A program made the translations under genes and the position numbers. Of a DNA stretch of 64,000 bases, positions 56,515 through 64,000 are shown in pieces (within the stretch, counting starts at the first letter, position 1; the number at the start of each line of letters is the position of its first letter). The stretch comes from an uncultured Spirochaetota bacterium (lineage in GTDB: Bacteria > Spirochaetota > Brevinematia > Brevinematales > JAOACQ01), in contig CAWIGG010000002.1 of NCBI GenBank assembly GCA_963835575.1, forward strand, positions 768,001 to 832,000. The letters are read 5' to 3'. The notes under the pieces were generated by a model that had not been told where the DNA came from, did not search any database, and was given only the letters and a program-made list of their open reading frames with translations.

Positions 56515-58341
56515 ATGAATCAAATTGAATTATTATCCCCCGCTAAGGATCTGGAATGCGGCATCGCGGCCATAAACTGCGGCGCCGACGCTGTTTATAT
56601 CGGCGCGAGAAAATTCGGCGCCAGGTCAGCCGCGTCCAACGATCATCTTAATATTGAAAAACTGGCATCTTACGCGCATCAATATAAAGCAAAAATCTAT
56701 ATTACTCTCAACACAATACTTTTTGATCATGAACTGGATGAAGCCCGGAAAATCGCTTATGAAGTTTACGATGCCGGAGCGGACGCGCTTATTATTCAGG
56801 ATATGGGCCTCTTAGAAATCGATATGCCGCCCCTGCCGCTCATCGCCAGCACTCAGATGAATAACCGGGACCGGCAGAAGATCAAATTTCTTGAGGATAC
56901 CGGTTTTAAAAGGGCGATTCTCGCCAGGGAATTGACTCTTGCCGAAATTAAAGAAATCAGGGCGCATACAAAATTGGAACTGGAGTTTTTTATCCATGGC
57001 GCCCTCTGCGTTTCCTACAGCGGCCGCTGTTATTTCAGCCAGGCGGTCTGTGGAAGAAGCGGCAACAGGGGTGTCTGCTCTCAGCCCTGCCGCATGTTTT
57101 ACAACCTCATGGATGAAAAAGGAAATATTATCGGCAGGGAAAAGTATTTTCTTTCGCTCAAGGACCTCAATCTCTCGGATTCCATAGAGCCATTGCTGGA
57201 CGCGGGGATCACTTCTTTTAAAATAGAGGGCAGGCTTAAGGATGAAAGTTATATTAAAAATATTGTCAGTTATTATAGGAAAAGGTTCGATGATATATTG
57301 GATAAAAAAGGCCTTGCCCGGTCCTCAACCGGCGAAAGCCGCATCAATTTCGAACCTGGCCCGTATAAGACATTCAACAGGGGTTATACGGATCATTTTA
57401 TAAACGGGAGGAAAAAAGGGATCATATCTCTTCATACCCAGAAATCGATCGGGGAATACATCGGAGATGTCAAGGAAAAAGTCAATGATTATTTTATCAT
57501 AAATTATGATGACGCTGATAAAAAAATGCTTCATAACGGCGACGGGATATGTTTTTTTAATGATCAAAACGTTCTCTGCGGCATGGCCGCCAGTAAAGTT
57601 GAAAACCGGAAGATTTATCCTTTCGATAACCGGTGGATCAGTGAAGGGTATAAAATTTACAGAAATCATGATCATGCGTTTATTCAGTTATTAAAAGGCG
57701 GTAAAATTGAAAGGAAAATCGCCGTTGAAATAAAATGCGCTGAGACCGATGACGGTTTAAAGCTGGAAGCGCTCGATGAAGACGGCATACAAGCGGAATT
57801 AATCGTCAAAATGGATAAAAAAACAGCGGAAAATAAGGAAGCCGCCGTCCAGACGCTTGATAGAAATATGACGAAATTAGGCGATACTATCTATTACTGC
57901 AGAAAACTTACAGTTAATGTAAAAACCCCGCTTTTTATGCCTGTAAAGATGATCAATTCAATGAGAAGAGAGCTTATATTGAAATTAGAAGAAGCAGGAA
58001 TAAAAGCATATCGCCGGGAAACCGCCCCTATAGTAAAGAATACTGTTCCCTATCCTGAAAAAGAACTGGATTATACATATAATGTCCTTAATCAGAAAGC
58101 AAGGGAATTTTATTTCCGCCATGGCGTGAAAAAAATCGATGACGCGGCCGAAAGCGGTCTGGATTTAAAAGGGAAAAAAATCATGACCAGCAGGTATTGT
58201 CTGAAATACGAGCTGGGCGAGTGTGAAAAGGAAAATACCGGATTGTCTAAACAAAGGAAGCTTTATTTAACCGACGGCAGAAATAAATACGCTTTGAAAT
58301 TCAACTGCGGCAGATGTGAAATGGAAATATATCTTGAATGA
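56515..58341 (+). CDS. Peptidase U32 family protein (RlhA-like RNA hydroxylation factor)
   Basis: ELLSPA, GADAVYIG...FGAR, ASTQ, HGALC.SYSG.C, NRG.C.QPCR, FKIEGR.K; long C-terminal extension. Confidence 0.92.
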   Translation: MNQIELLSPAKDLECGIAAINCGADAVYIGARKFGARSAASNDHLNIEKLASYAHQYKAKIYITLNTILFDHELDEARKIAYEVYDAGADALIIQDMGLLEIDMPPLPLIASTQMNNRDRQKIKFLEDTGFKRAILARELTLAEIKEIRAHTKLELEFFIHGALCVSYSGRCYFSQAVCGRSGNRGVCSQPCRMFYNLMDEKGNIIGREKYFLSLKDLNLSDSIEPLLDAGITSFKIEGRLKDESYIKNIVSYYRKRFDDILDKKGLARSSTGESRINFEPGPYKTFNRGYTDHFINGRKKGIISLHTQKSIGEYIGDVKEKVNDYFIINYDDADKKMLHNGDGICFFNDQNVLCGMAASKVENRKIYPFDNRWISEGYKIYRNHDHAFIQLLKGGKIERKIAVEIKCAETDDGLKLEALDEDGIQAELIVKMDKKTAENKEAAVQTLDRNMTKLGDTIYYCRKLTVNVKTPLFMPVKMINSMRRELILKLEEAGIKAYRRETAPIVKNTVPYPEKELDYTYNVLNQKAREFYFRHGVKKIDDAAESGLDLKGKKIMTSRYCLKYELGECEKENTGLSKQRKLYLTDGRNKYALKFNCGRCEMEIYLE

Positions 58342-58415
58342 AAATAATGAATGCCGTATTGTACAATTCTATATAAAACCCTATAATACAAACTACATTT
58401 TATAAGGATTAACAT

Positions 58416-59396
58416 ATGGTTTCTATCGGAGAATTCGCCCTTATCGATAAAATTAAAAAAAGTTTTAAACCTCTCGATCTGTCTGTCATAGGGATCGGCG
58501 ATGACGCGGCTGTAATAAAAAAAAGCAAAAATAAAGAAATGCTCATCACGACAGACACGCTGGTTGAAGGCGTCCATTTCCTGCCGGGAAATACCAAATA
58601 CTCCCATCTGGGCTATAAAGCCATTGCGGTCAATATCAGCGATATCGCGGCCATGGGCGGGACACCTTCTTACGCCCTGCTGACGCTGGGAATTACCGAT
58701 AATACAAAAGATTCCGAAATCGATGAACTGATAGAAGGGATGCTGCTCATCCGTAAAAAATGTCCTTATGATCTCATAGGCGGCGATATTGTTCATTCAA
58801 AGACATTTTTTATTACCATTGCCATGATAGGTTTCTTGAAAAAAAAGCCTCTGCTGAGAAGTTCGGCAGGGAAAGGCGATTATATTTACCTGACGGGGAA
58901 TATCGGCGGCAGCGGCATAGGGCTTTCTATCATTAAAAATACGCTTAAATACCCTGTAAAAAATCAAGATTACTTTATTCAAAAACATTTCCTTCCTGAA
59001 ATACGCGTCGAACTGATGCAGTATCTCAGGAAGCATTATAGAATGGGCGCCGCCATAGATATCAGCGACGGTGTTTTGTCCGATCTCATACACATCGCAG
59101 AAGAGAGCGGAACAGGTTTTAAAATTGATATCGATAAACTGCCGGTTTCTTCCGATAAAATAGGGGACGCTTTTTATCGGGACGAGTATTATTTTTATGA
59201 AATGGCCCTTGGTTCCGGCGAAGACTATGAGATCCTCTTTACATCGCCGGACCAATTGAACAGAGAAAAGATACTTCAGGATACAGGAACAGCTGTCGCC
59301 TGCATAGGCCGTATTGAGCCTGAAGACATGGAAGCATACTACAAAGGAAAGAAACTGGATATCAATATATTAAAAAAAGGATATACACACTTTTAA
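58416..59396 (+). CDS. thiL: Thiamine-monophosphate kinase
   Basis: GEF.LI, GIGDDAA, TD.LVEGVHF, N.SD.AAMGG.P, ID.SDG...DL.HI, GEDYE.LFT. Confidence 0.96.
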   Translation: MVSIGEFALIDKIKKSFKPLDLSVIGIGDDAAVIKKSKNKEMLITTDTLVEGVHFLPGNTKYSHLGYKAIAVNISDIAAMGGTPSYALLTLGITDNTKDSEIDELIEGMLLIRKKCPYDLIGGDIVHSKTFFITIAMIGFLKKKPLLRSSAGKGDYIYLTGNIGGSGIGLSIIKNTLKYPVKNQDYFIQKHFLPEIRVELMQYLRKHYRMGAAIDISDGVLSDLIHIAEESGTGFKIDIDKLPVSSDKIGDAFYRDEYYFYEMALGSGEDYEILFTSPDQLNREKILQDTGTAVACIGRIEPEDMEAYYKGKKLDINILKKGYTHF

Positions 59397-59429
59397 GCAT
59401 ATCCAAAAACTAAAGGTTTTTGGATATGC
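59397..59429. repeat. Intergenic palindrome of the TCCAAAAAC/GTTTTTGGA family
   Basis: GCATATCCAAAAAC-TAAAG-GTTTTTGGATATGC directly after the thiL stop. Confidence 0.75.
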
Positions 59430-59457
59430 CCGGTTAAATGAGAGAGGAGCGATTAAA

Positions 59458-60501
59458 ATGAAAAAGTCTTTTTTTGATGTCCACTTTCATATATTTAACG
59501 TGACGCATATACCGATGATGACAATGCTTAAAAGGTATGGTTTGCCGCTTCAAATCGGAATAATGAACTGGAGCTGGTTAAAAATAGATGACCGGGTCAG
59601 GAAATATGTCCAGTTATCCGAATACCCGGTTTTAGACATATTATTAACAATTGAGAAAGAGATCCTGGAATCCTTTCCTGAAGCCGCTGATTTTGAGGCA
59701 CCCGAAGAAATAGTCCTGACCCCTTTATTAATGAATTTTGAATATGAAGACGGTTTAAAAACAATCAGGGTCCAGATTGATGATACCCAAAAGGCCGTTA
59801 AAGAATTTCTGAAAATGCTCCATAAAATTCCCGTTAAAGTATATCCTTTTCTGGCCGTTGAACCGACAAAAAAAGACGCCGTTCCCCTGATAAAGAAATA
59901 TATTAAAAGGAAAAAAGGCGTCTCCAAAATTAAAAACGGCGATTTTATCGGCGTTAAAGTTTATCCTCCCCTGGGTTTGAATATTGATCTGGATATTTAT
60001 CCGCAGCTGCGTGATTTTTTTGATTATTGCCTTAAAAATGACATTCCCATTACAACTCATACGGCGCCCGGCGGATTCATATCAAAAAACATTACACATA
60101 ACAGTCTTGCTAATTCTTACTGCAATCCCGATAAGTGGGGACCGGTTCTGGAAGCCTATCCGGGGCTCCGGGTCAATTTCGCTCATTTCGGGGCTTTTAA
60201 ATATTCCTGGAAGAATACGATCATCAAATTCATGAAAAAATACAAAAACGTCTATTCGGATGTCTCTTCGGTCCTCAATTTCAGGTTTCTCTGGTTCAAT
60301 CATTTCGGCCTGTTAAAAAAGCTGGTCAGTCATCCGTTGATAGGGGAAAGGATGTTGTACGGCACGGATTATTATATAGTCATGCCGTTTATACGTAATT
60401 ACGGTTTTTATAAGGATTATTTATTACCTGTTATAAAGCATCTGAAAGGCAGTTTTTATAAAATAGCCGAGGATAATCCGAAAAAATTTCTCAGATTATA
60501 A
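59458..60501 (+). CDS. Amidohydrolase family protein (Amidohydro_2-like)
   Basis: DVHFH, GVKVYPPLG, PITTH, NFAHFG, YSDVS, LYGTDY. Confidence 0.88.
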   Translation: MKKSFFDVHFHIFNVTHIPMMTMLKRYGLPLQIGIMNWSWLKIDDRVRKYVQLSEYPVLDILLTIEKEILESFPEAADFEAPEEIVLTPLLMNFEYEDGLKTIRVQIDDTQKAVKEFLKMLHKIPVKVYPFLAVEPTKKDAVPLIKKYIKRKKGVSKIKNGDFIGVKVYPPLGLNIDLDIYPQLRDFFDYCLKNDIPITTHTAPGGFISKNITHNSLANSYCNPDKWGPVLEAYPGLRVNFAHFGAFKYSWKNTIIKFMKKYKNVYSDVSSVLNFRFLWFNHFGLLKKLVSHPLIGERMLYGTDYYIVMPFIRNYGFYKDYLLPVIKHLKGSFYKIAEDNPKKFLRL

Positions 60502-60556
60502 TAAAACAAAAAATGGATTATTCATTTTTTTATTTAAAAATAACTTATATATTATT

Positions 60557-60597
60557 GCGGTTTTCCACCCCGCGCGAAGCGCGGGGTGGAAAACCGC
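60557..60597. repeat. GC-rich perfect hairpin (19-bp arms, GAA loop)
   Basis: GCGGTTTTCCACCCCGCGC-GAA-GCGCGGGGTGGAAAACCGC. Confidence 0.8.
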
Positions 60598-60809
60598 CTA
60601 TTAATTAGCTTAGTAATTTATTAAAAGTATCGCCCATTTCAGGGAAAAGTTAGAATCATGCTTATGCTGTATTGATTTTATAAGAATTAGTTTTACAATA
60701 TTAGCAAATTTATCAAAGCTGTGGTAAAATCAAATTAATTGGGGAAAACTGGAATTACCTTCATTAAATCAGGGTTTTTTAACCGGTACAAAGCAGTAAG
60801 GAGGAACGC

Positions 60810-61772
60810 ATGCAGAAAGCTGTCGCTTTGCAAAGGACCTCGGGCGGATGGTTATCCTTCAAGCGTAAGGCCGCTCCGTATGTTTTTATAGCGCCTTTCT
60901 TTATTACATTTATGATTTTCCAGGTCTATCCGATTTTCTATACGCTTTATCTCAGTTTTTTCCAGTGGGGAGGGAACGCGGCCGCCGAGATGGTGCCGGT
61001 CGGTTTTGGTAATTATATCAATATTATAAAAGATCCTCTCTTCTGGCAGTCGCTCTTAAACACTCTGGGGATTGCTGTTATAACGGCGTTTCCTCAGCAT
61101 ATTCTGGCGCTCTTTTTCGCTTTTATTTTAAACCAGGGCCTTGTCCGTTTAAAGGACTTTTTTAAAGGCATCCTCTTTCTGCCTTATATCACTTCCGCGG
61201 TCGCTGTTTCGCTTGTATTTCTCATTCTTTACGGCTACCGCTACGGCCTTCTTAATTTCGGATTGGCTCAGCTGGAAAAGCTCGGGATCATAGGCGCGGG
61301 CGCGTTATTTCCCATTGAGCTGCCAATAAACTGGTTCAGAGGCTTTATCTGCTGGTTCACGATCGCTACCGTGGCCATCTGGAGATGGACCGGCTGGAAC
61401 GCCATTATTTATTTTGCCGGACTGCAGGCCATTCCGGACACGCTTTATGAAGCGGCAAGGATTGACGGGGCAAACTGGAGCCAGGTTTTCTTCAGAATCA
61501 CTCTTCCGCTTCTCAGGCCGATTATTTTTTTTGCGACGACCATGACGATCATAGGGCAGATGCAGTTGTTTGATGATCCGATGGTATTGATCGGAGGAGT
61601 GCCGGGGATGGGCACTTTCTCCAATATGGGCATGACGCTGGCTGTGTATCTTTACGGCAATGCTTTCGCGTGGTCAAGCTTCGGCAAGGCGGGAGGCATG
61701 TCCTATATCATTTTGATCCTGATTGTGGCGTTCTCCGTGGTGAATAATAGAATATTCAGAAAAGAGCAATAA
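60810..61772 (+). CDS. Carbohydrate ABC transporter permease (MalF-like)
   Basis: YVFIAPF, LYEAARIDGA EAA loop, ITLPLLRP. Confidence 0.95.
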   Translation: MQKAVALQRTSGGWLSFKRKAAPYVFIAPFFITFMIFQVYPIFYTLYLSFFQWGGNAAAEMVPVGFGNYINIIKDPLFWQSLLNTLGIAVITAFPQHILALFFAFILNQGLVRLKDFFKGILFLPYITSAVAVSLVFLILYGYRYGLLNFGLAQLEKLGIIGAGALFPIELPINWFRGFICWFTIATVAIWRWTGWNAIIYFAGLQAIPDTLYEAARIDGANWSQVFFRITLPLLRPIIFFATTMTIIGQMQLFDDPMVLIGGVPGMGTFSNMGMTLAVYLYGNAFAWSSFGKAGGMSYIILILIVAFSVVNNRIFRKEQ

Positions 61773-61786
61773 TAAGGCGGTTGATA

Positions 61787-62701
61787 ATGGAAGATATTAA
61801 TTCTTTAGAAAGCAGAGTATCCAGGCAGGATGAAAAGTTCAGACTTCAGCATAGAGAGAGCCGCTTTAAAGCTATATTCAAGCTTTTATTGCTCTATTTA
61901 CCGCTCATCATATGGACAGTCATTACGATCTACCCGTTCTGGTATATGATTGTTGTGTCCACCAAGAGCCAGGCCCAGATATTTTCATTCCCGCCCCCGA
62001 TGACACTGGCCGGCGATTTCTGGAACCAGTTTCTGGAGAATTACCGTTCTCTTTTAAACAGGATACCGTTTTGGAGAAATTTATGGAACAGCGTTTATAT
62101 CGCCGCGATGTCGACAATCCTGTCCATCTTTTTCTGCTCGCTGGGCGGGTACGGGTTCGCGATGTACAGGTTTAAGGGAAAATCGGTCTTTTTCGCCTTT
62201 ATGCTCTTTACTCTGATGATCCCGCCTCTTATCAGTATCATTCCTTATTTTCTCATAATGAGATACTTCGGATGGCTTGATACGGCAAAAGCAATTTATC
62301 TGCCGGGTATAGCCAATTCTTTCGGTACTTTTCTTATGAGGCAGTACATAGAGACGTCCATTCCCGTTGACCTGATCGACGCGGCGAGAGTGGACGGGTG
62401 TTCCGAGTTTATGATTTACTGGCAGATCGTCTTTCCATTGATACTGCCGGTTGTCGGATCATTCGGTATTATCACATTCCTGGGAAGCTGGAATAACTTC
62501 CTGGTTGCCCTTGTTGTGATGACATCCAAAACCTCGTTTACAATTCCGGTGGCGCTCAACTCGCTCCGCGGACTGCAGAATGTGGATTACGGCGCAATCA
62601 TGGTCGGAACCTTCATTTCAGTATTTCCACTTGTGTTCATGTTCATTTTGATGTCGCGGCTTATCATATCCAAGGTAACTGAAGGGGCTTTGAAGGGATA
62701 A
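61787..62701 (+). CDS. Carbohydrate ABC transporter permease (MalG-like)
   Basis: IYPFWYM, LIDAARVDG EAA loop, FLGSWNNF. Confidence 0.95.
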   Translation: MEDINSLESRVSRQDEKFRLQHRESRFKAIFKLLLLYLPLIIWTVITIYPFWYMIVVSTKSQAQIFSFPPPMTLAGDFWNQFLENYRSLLNRIPFWRNLWNSVYIAAMSTILSIFFCSLGGYGFAMYRFKGKSVFFAFMLFTLMIPPLISIIPYFLIMRYFGWLDTAKAIYLPGIANSFGTFLMRQYIETSIPVDLIDAARVDGCSEFMIYWQIVFPLILPVVGSFGIITFLGSWNNFLVALVVMTSKTSFTIPVALNSLRGLQNVDYGAIMVGTFISVFPLVFMFILMSRLIISKVTEGALKG

Positions 62702-62740
62702 AATAACAGTTCCAAAAACTGAGTTTTTGGAACTGTTATT
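62702..62740. repeat. Near-perfect 39-bp palindrome of the TCCAAAAAC/GTTTTTGGA family
   Basis: AATAACAGTTCCAAAAACT-G-AGTTTTTGGAACTGTTATT. Confidence 0.8.
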
Positions 62741-62774
62741 CGGTAATATAAAACTTTTATTTAATATCAAAGAC

Positions 62775-62834
62775 GCTGTCCCTCACCATTTTGTTCGGCT
62801 ATACTGTGTAGCCCGCAAAATGGTGAGGGACAGC
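62775..62834. repeat. Inverted repeat related to the 296-368 element
   Basis: GCTGTCCCTCACCATTTTG / CAAAATGGTGAGGGACAGC with a 22-nt loop containing GGCTA...TAGCC. Confidence 0.85.
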
Positions 62835-62853
62835 AAATTTCAGGACAATAGTC

Positions 62854-62882
62854 AGGCGGCTTTAAACAGCCGCCTTTTTTTT
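62854..62882 (+). terminator. Intrinsic terminator after the ABC permeases
   Basis: AGGCGGCT-TTAAAC-AGCCGCCT followed by a T-run. Confidence 0.85.
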
Positions 62883-62986
62883 GCGAAAAACGCGCCTTGC
62901 AATTTTTCATTAATAGGATTATAATTTCTTAAACACAACTGAAGACTCAGCCATGATTTAAAAAAAGAAGGGAAAAGCGCCGTCAT

Positions 62987-64000
62987 ATGAAAATCGCGGA
63001 TTTTTATGAAAGTAAAGAAGAGAAAAAGGTCTTATGCAGGCTTTGCCCTCATAATTGCCTGATCAATCCCGGGAAATCGGGAATATGCGGGGCCCGGAAG
63101 AATAATGACGGGGTGCTGTACAGCCTTAATTACGGCGTCATATCCGGTTTGTCTTTTGATCCGATAGAAAAAAAGCCGCTTTATCATTATTATCCTTCTT
63201 CCGAGATTTTATCCATCGGCACTGTCGGCTGCAATATGCATTGCCCTTTCTGCCAGAACCATCATATTTCACGCTTTTTTGATGACCAGAACCGTTCCAT
63301 TGATGATACATCAAAGCCGGGCGATATTCTGTCAGCACTGGAAGGCAGGCGAAAAAAAGGCCCTGAAAATGTATTTTCCGGCGCCGCTTATACCTATTCC
63401 GAACCTCTTGTCTGGTTTGAGTTTGTAATGGAAACGGCTTCATTGCTGAAAGAAAGGAATTATAAAAATGTTCTGGTTACCAACGGGTTCATCAGCCGGG
63501 GGCCGCTCGCCGAATTACTGCCTTTGACGGACGCGGCTAATATTGATTTAAAAGCCTTCACGGAAGAACACTACCGCCGGCTCGGGGGCAGACTGAAGCC
63601 GGTTTTAGACTCCATCGGGGCTTTTAAGAAAGCCGGCGTGCATATTGAGCTGACCACACTGGTTGTGACAGGATTAAATGATAATCTGGATGAACTGGAA
63701 AATCTGGTTAAATGGATCGCGGAACTGGATAAATCAATTCCCTATCATATTTCCCGTTATTTTCCGCAATACCGTTATAATGAAAGAGCAACGGACATTC
63801 AATTCATGAACCGGGCAAAAGAGATGGCGGACGGCTATCTGGATTATGTCTATACGGGGAATATTCATGGAGAAAGCGGCAGCGCATGCCCTCAATGCAA
63901 AAATGTACTCGTTAAAAGAGAGGGATATTATACTAAAATAACAGGCATCAAAGACGGGCATTGCTCAGTCTGCGGAAGAAAAGCGGATTTTATTTTATAA
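62987..64000 (+). CDS. amrS: AmmeMemoRadiSam system radical SAM enzyme
   Basis: C.LCPH.C, DPIEKKPLYH, GCNMHCPFCQN (CxxxCxxC), YTYSEP, H.SRYFP.Y, C-terminal CxxC pairs. Confidence 0.9.
   Translation: MKIADFYESKEEKKVLCRLCPHNCLINPGKSGICGARKNNDGVLYSLNYGVISGLSFDPIEKKPLYHYYPSSEILSIGTVGCNMHCPFCQNHHISRFFDDQNRSIDDTSKPGDILSALEGRRKKGPENVFSGAAYTYSEPLVWFEFVMETASLLKERNYKNVLVTNGFISRGPLAELLPLTDAANIDLKAFTEEHYRRLGGRLKPVLDSIGAFKKAGVHIELTTLVVTGLNDNLDELENLVKWIAELDKSIPYHISRYFPQYRYNERATDIQFMNRAKEMADGYLDYVYTGNIHGESGSACPQCKNVLVKREGYYTKITGIKDGHCSVCGRKADFIL

Overview
Bacterial chromosomal window, most likely from a spirochaete (inferred from the cheR-cheB-cheA-cheW-cheX-cheY arrangement and the many TPR/lipoprotein genes). 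It holds type II secretion/type IV pilus genes interrupted by a secreted GH48-CBM2 cellulase, then accA, a divergent EF-G paralogue, two tRNA-Val genes, a chemotaxis operon running into TPR, HD-GYP and sigma-54 activator genes, ppk1/ppx, an intact single-ORF IS66 element with an 8-bp target duplication, a complete type I-E CRISPR-Cas locus (13 repeats plus 1 degenerate), mreBCD, tRNA-Arg, a U32 protein, thiL, sugar ABC permeases and an AmmeMemoRadiSam radical SAM gene. The most striking unexplained structure is a pair of ~380-bp non-coding elements in inverted orientation (41025-41402 and 51620-51996) that bracket the whole CRISPR-Cas locus. They share a 99-bp identical core, and their diverged stems carry compensatory changes. 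No transposase or integrase lies between them. Other notable points: several families of intergenic palindromes, an apparent 1-nt frameshift in mreC, and degenerate catalytic motifs in EF-G, Ppx and a GH13-like protein. All calls come from motif recognition by eye; no database searches were run.
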